Below, piece after piece: positions 1 to 10,836 of a stretch of DNA of 16,759 nt. A program made the position numbers and the translations under genes. The stretch spans positions 1-16,759 of the forward strand of contig DASXHD010000111.1 in NCBI GenBank assembly GCA_036488725.1, in the 5' to 3' direction. Below the pieces are notes generated by a model, which was given only the letters and a program-made list of their open reading frames with translations, was not told where the DNA came from and made no database searches. How positions within the stretch are numbered: position 1 is the first letter of the stretch; every line of letters starts with the position of its first letter. Source of the stretch: Polyangiaceae bacterium (lineage in GTDB: Bacteria > Myxococcota_A > Polyangia > Polyangiales > Polyangiaceae).

Positions 1-1449
1 GACCGGCCCGACGAGCGCGCTCAAGAAACCTTCGTTTCGATAAAGCTCCTGCACGTGAGCGACGCCCTTGTCGTAGGTGTCGGGCGAGAACGTCGAGTCG
101 GGATCGAGATCGATCGGCGCGACGCGCGAGCCGCTGCCGCCGCCGAGCATGCGATCGACCGCGCTCGGATCCGGATCGGCGACGAGATCGGCGCCGGGTA
201 AATCCTCGTCGAGGAAGCTGTCGATCTCGCGGCGAATGGCCTTGGGCGAGCTCGGCCCGCCGTTCGACAGCCCGGAGATTTGCGCTTCGGTCACGCACGG
301 GTACTGCCGCGCGACGACGCGAACGCGCACACCTTCTTTGACGTGGAAGACGAGGAACCGCGTCGCGTCGGTTTTCTTGCCGGCGATCTCGAAGCCGACT
401 TGCGCGTCGAGAAAACCGCGCGTCTCGTAAAAGCGCCGGATTTTTTCGGCGAGGTGCTGCTCGCCGGTGTCGGGATCGGTGTCGAGGCCGAGCGCGTTTT
501 GGAGGGTGTCGTTGTCGTAGTGCTCGTTGCCGTCGAAGCGCGTTTGGTAACGCGGTCCGCTGTCGACGCGCACGCGCAGCGTGACGATCGACTCGTTCGG
601 ATATCGCGCAAGCACGAGATCGTGCTTCACCGCGGCTTCGTAATAACCGGCGGCGCGAAGCCGATTCTCGAGACCGACGTCGGCCGCTTGCAGCGCGGTC
701 GCGTCGGCGCGATCGCCGCGATCGATTTCGTAAGCTTTGGTGTAGCGGTCGAGCTCCTCGGGCTTCGCGCCGAACACGTAAAACACGCGGCGCCCGACTT
801 TGCGCGGCTCGCCGACGGTCACGTCGAGCAGAAGCAAAATGCGGCCTTCGCGATCCGTCTCGCGCATCGTGATGTCGACGCGCGACTCGGGAAAACCGCG
901 CCGCGCGAGGAGCGCGTGGATGCGACGTTTGCGCGGCGCGATCTCGTCGCCCTGGATTTCGCCGCCGTCCTCGAGCTGCGCCTCGTGGAGGATCTCTTCG
1001 CGGTCGATGGGTGCGTGATGCGTGTCGACGCGCAAGCCGTCGATGATTCGACGCGGCACGGCGCGCACGCGGATTCTTACGCCGTCGCCTTCGGGCATGA
1101 CCTCGACGCGCGCGGTTCCATAAAGGCCGGTGCCGAGCGCTTCGACCAGCGCGGCACGCGCGACCGTCGCGCCGAACGGCTCGCCGAGCTTGACCGACTG
1201 GAGCTTCGCCGGCGCGATGTCGTCCCACGGATCGCTCTCTTGCACGAGGTCGACGGCGCGCACCGGTTTTCCGTCGAACGCGCTCAAGTCCGGCGGCGTC
1301 AGCGGCATCCGCGGTGCGGCGAGCGTGAGCCGCGGCACGGCCGGCTCCTCGAGCGGCGTCACGCTGATGGGCCCGCCCGCAAACGCACGGCCGCCGTCGA
1401 TCAAAATCGCGAACGCGATGATGAGGACGAGCGCTTTACTGGAATTCAA
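1..1449 (-). CDS. Omp85/BamA-family outer-membrane protein insertase, N-terminal portion (signal peptide plus tandem POTRA domains); 3' end lies beyond the window start
   Basis: My own minus-strand translation; this gene is absent from the ORF track because it has a TTG start. It begins M(TTG)NSSKALVLIIAFAILIDGGRAFA, a textbook signal peptide, then runs >480 aa without a stop. POTRA-like beta-alpha-alpha-beta-beta units are visible (e.g. RIRVRAVPRRIIDGLRVDTHH..., LLLLDVTVGEPRKVGRRVFYVFGA, IVTLRVRVDSGPRYQTRFDGNEHYDNDTLQNALGL, FLVFHVKEGVRVRVVARQY). Third codon positions are GC-rich. GGTGGAG lies just upstream of the TTG. The TTG at 1449..1447 sits 9 nt upstream of the TamB stop at 1438..1436, a 14-nt overlap. 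An in-frame stop at 1497..1495 limits any upstream extension. Confidence 0.75.
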   Translation of the reverse strand, partial: MNSSKALVLIIAFAILIDGGRAFAGGPISVTPLEEPAVPRLTLAAPRMPLTPPDLSAFDGKPVRAVDLVQESDPWDDIAPAKLQSVKLGEPFGATVARAALVEALGTGLYGTARVEVMPEGDGVRIRVRAVPRRIIDGLRVDTHHAPIDREEILHEAQLEDGGEIQGDEIAPRKRRIHALLARRGFPESRVDITMRETDREGRILLLLDVTVGEPRKVGRRVFYVFGAKPEELDRYTKAYEIDRGDRADATALQAADVGLENRLRAAGYYEAAVKHDLVLARYPNESIVTLRVRVDSGPRYQTRFDGNEHYDNDTLQNALGLDTDPDTGEQHLAEKIRRFYETRGFLDAQVGFEIAGKKTDATRFLVFHVKEGVRVRVVARQYPCVTEAQISGLSNGGPSSPKAIRREIDSFLDEDLPGADLVADPDPSAVDRMLGGGSGSRVAPIDLDPDSTFSPDTYDKGVAHVQELYRNEGFLSALVGPV

Positions 1450-4400
1450 TTCTCCACCGCAAGTCGACGCCGAGGTTCCCGACTGCGCTGGATGTTACTT
1501 GATTGTTCACGTTGTCGTACGAGCCTTGCACGCTGAAATTCTTCCCGAGCTTCCACATGATGTTGGCGTAGAGCTCGTTGGTTCCCGAAACCGTCGTCGA
1601 CACGTTCGCGCTCACGTTCTGCGTGAGCCGTTTGCCGACGTTGAGCGTCGGCTCGTTGCGTCCCGTGTGCGGTGAGTACGCGCTGCCGACGCCGAACTCG
1701 TCGACGGGGACGACCTTGGTCACGGCCGACGACGTGCCGGTCACCGCGGAGAGCGCTTCGAGCGCGACCGACGCGCCGAGCGTGCCCGCTTGAATCTGAT
1801 CGGCCTCGGCGCGCGTGATGCCGACCGTGAGGAGGAGCACGATGTCCTCTTGCTGGAGCGGCGGATCGCTCGTGAGGTCGATCTTGAGATCGTTCGAGTC
1901 GCCGTAAGCGTGGAGCGCGATGCGCCAGGTCGTTCCCGTCGTGCTGCTCGTCGAGCTCGCGCCGCTGCTCTGGCTCGAGGTTCGTCGATATTCCGTCGTC
2001 GCTTGGATGTCGACGTGCGCCGCGATGCGCGTCGGGTCGTCGAAGCGCACGATCGCCTGCTGGATGTCGAACACGCTCGTCCCGAACGGCAGACGCAAGC
2101 GCCCGCCGGGGAGCGCGTGCATCTCGCCGCGGAGACCGAAGCGCTGGTTCGTGCCGGAGACGACGAGCCCATTTTCCAGGGCGATTTGCGCTTCGACGAG
2201 GTTGTTCTTGATGCGGAGCGGCGTCTTCGCGCGAACGCGAAGATCCATGCTGATCGCGTCGAGCGATGGATCGTACGTCTCGATTTCGGTGCGTTTGGCG
2301 GCGCCGAGCGCGCCGATGTCGCCCGCGACGTTGATCGGCCGCGTGTACTCGAGCGAGTCGATGACGACCTCGCCGGTCAAGTGCGGGAGCTTGCGTTTGT
2401 CGAGACCGCCGTCCTCGAAGGCGAGCGCGAGGTCGGCGTCGACGCCGGCGCTGATGCCGTCGGACGGCGCGAGCCGAACGTTGCGCGCGGCGAGCGTGAG
2501 CTCGGCGTTACCGAGGCCGAGGTTGCGAATGGGCACGCGCCCGCCGAGCGTGAGCGTGCCTCCCGAGAATTTCGCCGAGCCGTGCGCGACCCGAACCTCG
2601 GAAGCGTCGGCCCGTAAATCGATCGCGACGTCGTTGATCGGCGACGGCACGCCGCGAATCGCGAGCTCGCTCGCGCGCACGCTCGCCTGGCCGTCGACCT
2701 GCGGATCCGACGCGCGCCCGGTGACGCGCACGCTGCCCGAGAGCGAGCCCGCCGCGCGATCGAGCTTCGGCACGACGCCCGCGAGCACCGACAAATCCAC
2801 GGGCGCGAGATCGGCGCGCAAGTCGAGCGTCGGCTCGCCAAACGGATCTCGCACGCCGCCCTGCAACGTGACCGACCCGGTCACGCCCTGTCCAGCGGAC
2901 AAATCGAGCTCGACCGGCGGCAGCGTGACCTTGCCGTCGGCGAGGACGATCGGCGCGCTCGTCGGCTTGAGCACGAGCTTCTTGCCCTCGCTCTCGATCG
3001 ACAGCGACTCGGGCACGAACTTCGCGGACGCCGACGCGTAATCGCCTTGGCGGACGCGATCGATCATCACGTCGCCGGAGATCTGGCCGGTGAGCTTCGC
3101 GAGCGAGCCTTCGGTCTCGCCGGTCGCCTTCACGATCGAGTCGAGCGCGAGCTTGCGAAGCTTCACGTCGCCCGAGAGCTCCATCTGCTTCGCGCGCGAC
3201 GCCGTCACGTGATCGAGGTGCACCTGTCCGCCGAACAGATCGCCGGTGACGACGTACGTGCCATGCGACGACGCGTCTTTGGCGTACGCGTCTTTGTCGA
3301 ACGGCCCGCCGATGGGACCGCCGCAGGTCGTGTGCCCGACGATCTTCGTCTTCGACGGGAGCTGCGTCATCGTGAGATGCAGCTTCGACGCGCCGAGATC
3401 CGCGCCGCGAACGTGAATCGGCGAGACGTCGACGTCGGCATCGGCCGTGAACGCGTCGATCGTGCCGGTCACCTGCGCGAGGCCCGAGACGGTGCCCTCG
3501 AGCTCCGGCGCGATTTTTCCGAACGTCTGCAGGCGCGAGAGCGGCACGCCTTCGAGCACCACGTTGCCGCGCAAAACGCCGCCCGGCTTGATCGACGCCG
3601 ACCCGAGAAGCGAGCCGAACGTCGTCCCATCGCGCTCGCGCCGAACTTTGTGCAGCGTGAACGCGTGAACGTCGAGGTCGGCGCCTTGGAAGCCGGCGAG
3701 CCGATCGTTCCACCGCAAATCCAAATCGGCGTCGCCGTCGTCGAATTTTTCTCCGAACAAATCGACCGCGGAGAGGTGCGGGCTCGCGTGCAGCGAAATC
3801 GCGCCGCCGCCGCATTTGTCCTCCGGTCCGCCGAGCACGAAGTGAAGCGTCGTGTCGCCCGCGATGTTTCCGTCGATGCCGTCGAAGCGCGGGTCGTCGT
3901 TCAGCTTGAAGACGTCGAGGAGGTCGCGAACGTTGAGCACGTTGGCGCGCACGGCCGCGTCCATCTTCATGCTCGCGCCGCCGCCGAACTGCACGCGGCC
4001 CTGCGGCATCTCGTAGTTGCTCTTGTTCTTGTTCGCCTTCACGTCGGAGAGCGCGAGCACCTGCGCCTCGCCCTCGCGCGTGACCTCGGCATGCACCGAC
4101 GTGATGTTGCCGAACGCCATGTCGGCGAGCTGGAAACCGGTGACGCTCCCCTCGCCCGTCACCTTCGGGTCCATCATCTTCGGGCCGACGTCGATCTTCA
4201 CGTCACCGACGCCCGCGATCGGCACGCCCGCGAGCGGCGTGATGTCGGCGAGGTCGACGTGCGCCTTGGGGACCTGCACGCGAAAATCGTTGTGAAAGCC
4301 GAGCAGCACGAACCCGCCGGCGACGTGCGTGCGCGAAGTGTCGCCGCGCGCGTTCTGGAATTGCACCGAATCCGGCCGCACCGCGAGGTGCGCGGCGAGC

Positions 4401-5845
4401 TTCGCTTCGTTGAACCCGATGAGCCGCTGCCGCTGCGGATCTTTCACCCAGCGATCGAAGACGGCGAAGTTTCGCGTCGTCGTCGTGAAGTCGCCGTCGA
4501 GCTTGAGCGGGTCGAGCGTGCCGCCGAAATTCGGCATGTGGATGTCGACGACGTCCCACGCGACGTGCGGGTGCTGCGAGACGCCGAGGTCGGTCATGAG
4601 CTCGGCGAAGTCGATCGAGTCGATGTCGGCCGACGCGCCGAGCGTGTTGGCGAGCGGCTCGACGTGAACGCCCTTCAAGTGCACGGTGCCGCCGGCGAGC
4701 CTCACGGTCGTCTGCGGGCTTCGGATCACGTTGTTCGCCATCGCGATGTCGGCGTCGACCGAATCGGCGAAGTGAAACTGCGCGAGGCGAATGTCGCCCG
4801 CGGTGACCTTGCCGTTCACCTCGGGGAGCTGCATGCCCGGCGCGAGGCGCACGTCGGCGTCGAGCCCGACCCACCCGGTGAGCTCGGGCAGCTTCGCGAG
4901 ACGCGCCGCGACGCCGACCGGCGCGCGCACGCGCACGTGACCGCTGAAGTCGTTCGGGATCTCGCCTGGTTTGGGCAAACGCATCCGCGCGTGATTGAGC
5001 TCGAGCTCGACGCGTCGCTCGTCGTCGGCGGCGAGCTTGCACGGCGGAGTCGTCGCTTGCGCCGGGTCGAGGTCGGCGGCGCCGTGCATCTCGAGCCGCC
5101 GAACCGAGACCTCGTCGTTGGTGAGACGAACGCGCGCGTCGAGCGAGCACACGGCGTCCTCGTCGACGGCCTCCGCGTCGCGGTGCCGCACGACGTAACT
5201 CTCGCCGGCACGCAGCGCGACCTCGAGCGACGAGCCGCGCTCGGGGTCGTCGTCGTTCTGCACGTCGAGGTCGAGCTGATGCGCCTGCACGCGCACGTCG
5301 TCGATCGTCAAATCGACGTCACCGTCGGTGATCGAAAATCCATCGAACGGCAAGTGCAGCGGCCCCGACGATTTCTTCGACTCGGGCGGCTTGATCGCGA
5401 GGTTCTGGAGCTTGCCGTCCTTGAGGACGATGCGCGCGTGCGGCGCCTCGATGTCGATTTGCTCGATGAGGAGCTTGCCGCTCATCAGCGCGAAAAATCG
5501 CGGGCGCACGCTCGCGCGGCGCGCGGTCAGCGCGGGGCCGCCACCGTCGGACGACTCGATTTGCACGTTGGCGAGCTCGATCGAGAGCGGCCACAAATGC
5601 GGCACCACGTCGAAGCGCGCGACGATGCCTTGCTCGTGGAGCGCCTTGGCCGTCGCCCGCATCGCCCAATCGCGCGCGTACGCCGAGCGAACGAACCCAA
5701 TCGCCGCGAGCGGGAGGACCCCGGCGAGCGCGAGGACGAGCGACAATAGTCGCGCGAGCGCGCGCCCGATCCGCGGACCTCGCCGCCGCGGCTGCCGAGG
5801 AGGCGCCGGAAGGCTGGACGAGGCGACGGACGAGGGTCGATTCAC
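1436..5845 (-). CDS. tamB: TamB / AsmA-family translocation-and-assembly module protein (C-terminal DUF490)
   Basis: The ORF track gives 1436..6457(-). The C-terminus ...LGKNFSVQGSYDNVNNQVTSSAVGNLGVDLRWRIEFQ is TamB/DUF490-like. The first 204 codons of the track ORF are antisense to the trmH gene and Arg/Asp-rich, so I treat them as non-coding read-through. An N-terminal basic stretch plus one transmembrane helix (RRRGPRIGRALARLLSLVLALAGVLPLAAIGFV) is followed by a long beta-rich body. The start is uncertain: GTG 5845 (chosen), TTG 5908, or an internal TTG giving MSLVLALAG... Confidence 0.85.
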   Translation of the reverse strand: MNRPSSVASSSLPAPPRQPRRRGPRIGRALARLLSLVLALAGVLPLAAIGFVRSAYARDWAMRATAKALHEQGIVARFDVVPHLWPLSIELANVQIESSDGGGPALTARRASVRPRFFALMSGKLLIEQIDIEAPHARIVLKDGKLQNLAIKPPESKKSSGPLHLPFDGFSITDGDVDLTIDDVRVQAHQLDLDVQNDDDPERGSSLEVALRAGESYVVRHRDAEAVDEDAVCSLDARVRLTNDEVSVRRLEMHGAADLDPAQATTPPCKLAADDERRVELELNHARMRLPKPGEIPNDFSGHVRVRAPVGVAARLAKLPELTGWVGLDADVRLAPGMQLPEVNGKVTAGDIRLAQFHFADSVDADIAMANNVIRSPQTTVRLAGGTVHLKGVHVEPLANTLGASADIDSIDFAELMTDLGVSQHPHVAWDVVDIHMPNFGGTLDPLKLDGDFTTTTRNFAVFDRWVKDPQRQRLIGFNEAKLAAHLAVRPDSVQFQNARGDTSRTHVAGGFVLLGFHNDFRVQVPKAHVDLADITPLAGVPIAGVGDVKIDVGPKMMDPKVTGEGSVTGFQLADMAFGNITSVHAEVTREGEAQVLALSDVKANKNKSNYEMPQGRVQFGGGASMKMDAAVRANVLNVRDLLDVFKLNDDPRFDGIDGNIAGDTTLHFVLGGPEDKCGGGAISLHASPHLSAVDLFGEKFDDGDADLDLRWNDRLAGFQGADLDVHAFTLHKVRRERDGTTFGSLLGSASIKPGGVLRGNVVLEGVPLSRLQTFGKIAPELEGTVSGLAQVTGTIDAFTADADVDVSPIHVRGADLGASKLHLTMTQLPSKTKIVGHTTCGGPIGGPFDKDAYAKDASSHGTYVVTGDLFGGQVHLDHVTASRAKQMELSGDVKLRKLALDSIVKATGETEGSLAKLTGQISGDVMIDRVRQGDYASASAKFVPESLSIESEGKKLVLKPTSAPIVLADGKVTLPPVELDLSAGQGVTGSVTLQGGVRDPFGEPTLDLRADLAPVDLSVLAGVVPKLDRAAGSLSGSVRVTGRASDPQVDGQASVRASELAIRGVPSPINDVAIDLRADASEVRVAHGSAKFSGGTLTLGGRVPIRNLGLGNAELTLAARNVRLAPSDGISAGVDADLALAFEDGGLDKRKLPHLTGEVVIDSLEYTRPINVAGDIGALGAAKRTEIETYDPSLDAISMDLRVRAKTPLRIKNNLVEAQIALENGLVVSGTNQRFGLRGEMHALPGGRLRLPFGTSVFDIQQAIVRFDDPTRIAAHVDIQATTEYRRTSSQSSGASSTSSTTGTTWRIALHAYGDSNDLKIDLTSDPPLQQEDIVLLLTVGITRAEADQIQAGTLGASVALEALSAVTGTSSAVTKVVPVDEFGVGSAYSPHTGRNEPTLNVGKRLTQNVSANVSTTVSGTNELYANIMWKLGKNFSVQGSYDNVNNQVTSSAVGNLGVDLRWRIEFQ

Positions 5846-5944
5846 GAGCTCTTGCGTTGGACGAAAGTCCCCGGGAAAGCGTAGCTCCGAACCCCTAGCA
5901 GGCCACAATTTCAGGGATTTGATACTGTATTTTACGAAGCGACC
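5846..5944. promoter_or_regulatory. Divergent intergenic region between tamB (-) and trmH-grpE-dnaK (+); locally AT-richer
   Basis: This is the only ~100-bp non-coding stretch in the left half of the window. It contains ...ggccacaatttcagggatttgatactgtattttacgaagcgacc just before the ATG at 5945. Composition drops well below the window average. Confidence 0.45.
5873..5899 (+). promoter_or_regulatory. Candidate sigma-32-like heat-shock promoter (GGGAAA-N13-CCCCTAGC) upstream of trmH-grpE-dnaK
   Basis: Sequence gggaaa gcgtagctccgaa cccctagc compared with the sigma-32 consensus TTGAAA-N13-14-CCCCATNT. The -10-like element matches CCCCnnnn strongly; the -35 match is partial. The motif lies about 45 nt upstream of the trmH ATG. 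Confidence 0.25.
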
Positions 5945-6649
5945 ATGCGCAGAACCACCGCCGGTGTAGTCGACGCGGACGCGCTCTTGCCCGCGCGAAT
6001 TGCCCGCGCGGAAAAGCACGAGCCCGAGGACGTGATTCGCGTGCTCGAGCCGCTCGTCCTCGAGCGTCGTCGTGAGCGTTTGCTCGCCGTGATCGATTCG
6101 CGTCTCGCGAGCGTGACGGTGCTCTTCGATGCGCCGCACGATCCCTTCAACGGCGCCGCGGTCGTGCGATCGTGCGAAGCGTTCGGCGTGCAGACGATTC
6201 ACGTGGTCGAGCGAAGAGAGCGATTTCTCGCGGCGAGCTCGGTCGCGCGCGGCGCTCAAAAATGGGTCGACATCGTTCGTCACCCGACGTCCCACGAAGC
6301 CGTCGGCGCGCTCCGCGAGAGCGGCATGGCGCTCGTCGGCGCGCACCCCGCGGGCGAGCTTTTGCCCGAGGATTTGGCCAAAATCCCGCGGCTCGCGCTC
6401 GTCCTCGGCAACGAACGCGACGGGATCACGGCCGAGCTCGAGGCCGCCTGCACGCACCGCGTCCGCGTTCCGATGCGCGGATTCGTCGACAGCTTGAACG
6501 TGAGCGTGACCGCCGCGATCCTGCTCGATCGCGCCGTCCGCGAGCGTCCCGGCGACCTCTCCGAGCCCGAAAGACGCAGGCTCTACGCTCGCGGACTTTA
6601 TTTTTCTGTGCAGAAAGCCGAGAGCATACTTACGCTGTGCGACACATGA
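5945..6649 (+). CDS. SpoU/TrmH-family RNA 2'-O-ribose methyltransferase (SPOUT class)
   Basis: 234 aa. It carries the SpoU motifs [10 protein letters not shown] (motif 2) and [19 protein letters not shown] (motif 3). It lacks an N-terminal L30e-like domain, so it is TrmH/TrmJ-like rather than RlmB-like. Its stop TGA overlaps the grpE ATG as ATGA. Confidence 0.8.
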   Translation: MRRTTAGVVDADALLPARIARAEKHEPEDVIRVLEPLVLERRRERLLAVIDSRLASVTVLFDAPHDPFNGAAVVRSCEAFGVQTIHVVERRERFLAASSVARGAQKWVDIVRHPTSHEAVGALRESGMALVGAHPAGELLPEDLAKIPRLALVLGNERDGITAELEAACTHRVRVPMRGFVDSLNVSVTAAILLDRAVRERPGDLSEPERRRLYARGLYFSVQKAESILTLCDT

Positions 6650-7191
6650 GCGATCCGCAGGACACGACTACGGACCAAAAAGAAGCGCGGGACGAGTCGA
6701 ACGAAGAGCCGGCGCCGGAGCTGACCGCGCCGAGCGAGCTCGAGCGCGCGCAGGAAGAAGCGGCGAAGCTGAAGGACATGCTCGTCCGCACGGCGGCCGA
6801 CTTCGACAATTTCCGAAAGCGCACGCGCCGCGAAATCGACGAAGCCAAGCGCCAGAGCCGCGAAGAGCTGCTCAAGGAGTTGCTGCCGGTCTTCGACAAC
6901 CTCGAGCGCGCGATTCAAAGCGCGCAGAAGGCGACCGACGTCAAAGCCGTCGCGGACGGCGTCGGGATGATCTTGAAGCAATTCGAGGGCACGCTCAGCC
7001 GCGCGGGAATCGCGCGTGTTCCGACCGTCGGCACGATGTTCGATCCATCGATGCACGAGGCGATTCAGCAAATCGAAACCGACGAGCAGCCTCCGGGCAC
7101 GGTCGTGGCGGAAGTGCAGCCCGGTTATCGCGAAGGCGAGCGCCTGGTTCGCGCCGCGATGGTCGTGGTCGCGAAGCCGAAGTCGAGCTGA
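6646..7191 (+). CDS. grpE: GrpE nucleotide-exchange factor
   Basis: 181 aa. It has an acidic N-terminal tail, then [23 protein letters not shown], the GrpE paired-helix signature, and the C-terminal beta domain [32 protein letters not shown] 6646-6648 overlaps the trmH stop at 6647-6649. Confidence 0.9.
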   Translation: MSDPQDTTTDQKEARDESNEEPAPELTAPSELERAQEEAAKLKDMLVRTAADFDNFRKRTRREIDEAKRQSREELLKELLPVFDNLERAIQSAQKATDVKAVADGVGMILKQFEGTLSRAGIARVPTVGTMFDPSMHEAIQQIETDEQPPGTVVAEVQPGYREGERLVRAAMVVVAKPKSS

Positions 7192-7208
7192 TATCGTAGG
7201 CCCCTCGA

Positions 7209-9077
7209 ATGGGGAAGATCATCGGCATCGACCTCGGCACCACGAACTCGTGCGTGGCCGTCGTGGAGACCAACGTCTCCGCCGGTGCAGCCAAAACCGC
7301 GAAGCTCGAGGTTCGGATCATTCCGAATTCCGAGGGCGCGCGCACGACGCCGTCGGTCGTCGGCTTTCCCGTCAGCGGCGAGCGCCTCGTCGGCCAAGCC
7401 GCCAAGCGCCAGTCGGTCACCAACGCGACGAACACGGTCTACGCGGTGAAGCGCTTGATGGGCCGCAAGTTCAAGGACGAAGAGGTCCAGCGTCAGCTCA
7501 AGGCCGTGCCGTACAAAATCATGGACGCGCCGAACGGCGACGCGTGGGTCGCGCTCGGCGGCCGCGAGATGTCGCCGCCCGAAGTGTCGTCGTACGTCCT
7601 CGGCAAGATGAAAGAGATCGCCGAAGCCTTCCTCGGCGAGCCGGTCACCGAAGCCGTCGTCACCGTCCCCGCGTACTTCGACGACGCGCAGCGCCAGGCG
7701 ACCAAAGACGCCGGAAAAATCGCCGGCCTCGACGTCAAACGAATCATCAACGAGCCGACGGCCGCAGCGCTCGCCTACGGCCTCGAGAAAAAACAAACCG
7801 AGCGCGTCGCCGTTTACGACCTCGGCGGCGGCACGTTCGACATTTCGATCCTCGAGATCCAGAGCGGCGTCTTCGCGGTCAAGGCGACCAACGGCGACAC
7901 GCACTTGGGCGGCGAGGATTTCGATCAGCGATTGATCGACGCGATCGCCGACACGTTCCAAAAAGAGAACGGCGTCGATTTGCGCAAAGACCGCATGGCG
8001 CTTCAACGTTTGAAAGAAGCATCGGAGAAGGCAAAACACGAGCTTTCGTCGTCGCTCGAGACCGAGATCAATCTGCCTTTCGTCGCGACGAGCACCAAGG
8101 GCGAACCGCTCCACGTCGTGCGCACGCTCACGCGCGCCGACTTCGAGCTCCTCACGCAAGACCTGATCGACTCGACGCTCGACCCGTGCAAGAAGGCGCT
8201 CGCCGACGCGAGGCTCACGCCCGCCGACATTCACAACGTGGTCCTCGTCGGCGGCATGACGCGCATGCCCGCGGTGCAGCGCGCGGTGAAAGAGTTCTTC
8301 GGCAAAGACCCGCACAAAGGCGTGAACCCCGACGAGGTCGTCGCGGCAGGCGCCGCGCTCCAAGGCGCGGTCTTGCAAGGCGAAGGCAACGTCGAGGTCC
8401 TCTTGCTCGACGTCACGCCGCTCTCGCTCGGCGTCGAAACCGGCGGCGGCGTCTTCACGCCGCTCATCGGGCGCAACACGACCATCCCGACCGAAAAGAG
8501 CGAGGTCTTCACGACCAGCGTCGACAACCAGTCGTTCGTGCCGATCCACGTTCTTCAAGGCGAGCGCACGATGTCGGCCGACAACCGCTCGCTCGCGCGC
8601 TTCGAGCTCACCGGCATTCCCCCGGCGCCGCGCGGCGTGCCGAAGATTCAGGTCACGTTCAAGATCGACGCGAACGGCGTCGTCTCCATCGAAGCCAAAG
8701 ACCTCGGCACCAACCGCGTGCAGACGATGAAGATCACGTCGACGAGCGGGCTCTCGCAAGACGACGTCACGCGCCTCGTGGCCGAGGGCGAAAAATTCCG
8801 CCAAGCCGACGACATGCGCCGCGAGCTCGCCGAGCTGAAAAACCAGGCCGAAACCCTCCTCTACACGACGAGCGCCGCCCTCGACGGCTACGCCGATTTG
8901 GTCGAGGCCGACGTGCTCGAGGGCGCCCGCAAACAAGCCGCGCACCTCCGCGCCCTCCTCGAAGAGGCCGGCGACGTCGCCCAAATCCGCGAGGCGCACC
9001 AGACGCTCGAGGCGATGGTCTTCGCGATCGCCGAAAAGATGTACGGCCCCGCCGAGGGGGAGAACCCGCCGGCGTAG
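7209..9077 (+). CDS. dnaK: Hsp70 chaperone DnaK
   Basis: 622 aa. [18 protein letters not shown]..., [25 protein letters not shown] and [14 protein letters not shown] are collinear with E. coli DnaK over the full length. Compared with E. coli there is a short insertion near residues 20-30, and the long acidic C-terminal tail is absent. Confidence 0.97.
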   Translation: MGKIIGIDLGTTNSCVAVVETNVSAGAAKTAKLEVRIIPNSEGARTTPSVVGFPVSGERLVGQAAKRQSVTNATNTVYAVKRLMGRKFKDEEVQRQLKAVPYKIMDAPNGDAWVALGGREMSPPEVSSYVLGKMKEIAEAFLGEPVTEAVVTVPAYFDDAQRQATKDAGKIAGLDVKRIINEPTAAALAYGLEKKQTERVAVYDLGGGTFDISILEIQSGVFAVKATNGDTHLGGEDFDQRLIDAIADTFQKENGVDLRKDRMALQRLKEASEKAKHELSSSLETEINLPFVATSTKGEPLHVVRTLTRADFELLTQDLIDSTLDPCKKALADARLTPADIHNVVLVGGMTRMPAVQRAVKEFFGKDPHKGVNPDEVVAAGAALQGAVLQGEGNVEVLLLDVTPLSLGVETGGGVFTPLIGRNTTIPTEKSEVFTTSVDNQSFVPIHVLQGERTMSADNRSLARFELTGIPPAPRGVPKIQVTFKIDANGVVSIEAKDLGTNRVQTMKITSTSGLSQDDVTRLVAEGEKFRQADDMRRELAELKNQAETLLYTTSAALDGYADLVEADVLEGARKQAAHLRALLEEAGDVAQIREAHQTLEAMVFAIAEKMYGPAEGENPPA

Positions 9078-9085
9078 CGCGCGAT

Positions 9086-9094
9086 GCTATAATC
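9086..9094 (+). promoter_or_regulatory. Perfect TATAAT hexamer 7-8 nt upstream of the LeuA-like ATG (possible leaderless promoter)
   Basis: gcgatgcTATAATcaaaggcATG lies in the 23-nt gap after the dnaK stop. No Shine-Dalgarno sequence can fit between the hexamer and the ATG. Position is +/-1 nt because of the print/track discrepancy noted in the summary. Confidence 0.3.
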
Positions 9095-9100
9095 AAAGGC

Positions 9101-10359
<1,259 letters not shown>

Positions 10360-10360
<1 letters not shown>

Positions 10361-10836
10361 TGCGGCGCGCGGCGGCGGTCGTCTTTTGCAGCGCGTGCGT
10401 CGTCGGGCCCAAGCTCGTCTCGGCGCCGATGCTCTCTTCGGTGCCGGTCGCAGAGGTGACGATCGACGCGAGCGCGGGCGACGACGCGGAGGCCCCGCCC
10501 GAGGAGACGCCAGCTCGGCTCGAAGGCTCGTGGACTGGTCACGCATGGCAGACCGGCAACTCGTCGTTCACGCTGAACGTCACGTTCGAGTCGCGCGGCG
10601 CCGACGTCGTCGCGCAGGTGCATTATCCGGAGCAACATTGCCGCGCCGAATGGCGACTGCGGCGCGGCGAGCACCAGCAGTGGGTCGGCGAAGAGAACGT
10701 CCTCGTCGATCCGTTCACGCGATGCCCGCGGCGCGGTCACGTGATCGTGACGCCAGCCGAGGACGGCACGCTCCATTGGAACTGGACGGCGCCCGGCCGC
10801 TCGGCAACGGCCAACCTCGAACGCGAGCAACCCTGA
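10360..10836 (+). CDS. Small secreted or lipid-anchored protein of unknown function (158 aa)
   Basis: The ATG at 10360 overlaps the TGA of the upstream gene (tTGATG); the track lists a TTG at 10357. N-terminus MRRAAAVVFCSACVVG is signal-peptide-like with a possible lipobox-like Cys. The mature part is Trp-rich (HWNWTAPG, SWTGHAWQTG) and has two Cys residues (EQHCRAEW, TRCPRRGH). Third codon positions are strongly GC. No family recognised. Confidence 0.6.

Noticed and set aside
280-1536. 418-aa plus-strand ORF in the supplied track
   Set aside because: It is Arg/Asp/Val-rich antisense of the Omp85 gene. The opposite strand in this region encodes a coherent signal peptide plus POTRA sequence with GC-rich third positions.
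1920-5749. Long plus-strand ORFs (373 aa and 900 aa) and minus-strand ORFs (2508..3815, 4203..5150) inside the tamB region
   Set aside because: Their composition is Arg/Ala/Asp-rich, which is typical of wrong-frame or antisense reading of a 70%-GC gene. The TamB frame carries the DUF490 C-terminus and a balanced composition.
5846-6457. N-terminal 204 codons of track ORF 1436..6457 (would make TamB 1673 aa)
   Set aside because: This stretch is antisense to the well-supported trmH gene and has an R/D/E-rich junk composition. The TamB signal-anchor helix starts just downstream of 5845, and the AT-rich intergenic region 5846-5944 lies inside it.
6172-6645. Upstream extension of the grpE frame (track ORF 6172..7191) and ORF 6129..6497
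   Set aside because: Both are Arg-rich out-of-frame readings of trmH. GrpE homology begins at the ATG at 6646, which overlaps the trmH stop.
7016-9100. Upstream part of track ORF 7016..10360 (1114 aa), plus ORFs 7125..8999(-) and 8888..10546(-)
   Set aside because: These are antisense or out-of-frame readings across dnaK and the LeuA-like gene. All are extremely Arg-rich. The real genes are dnaK (7209..9077) and the LeuA-like gene (9101..10360).
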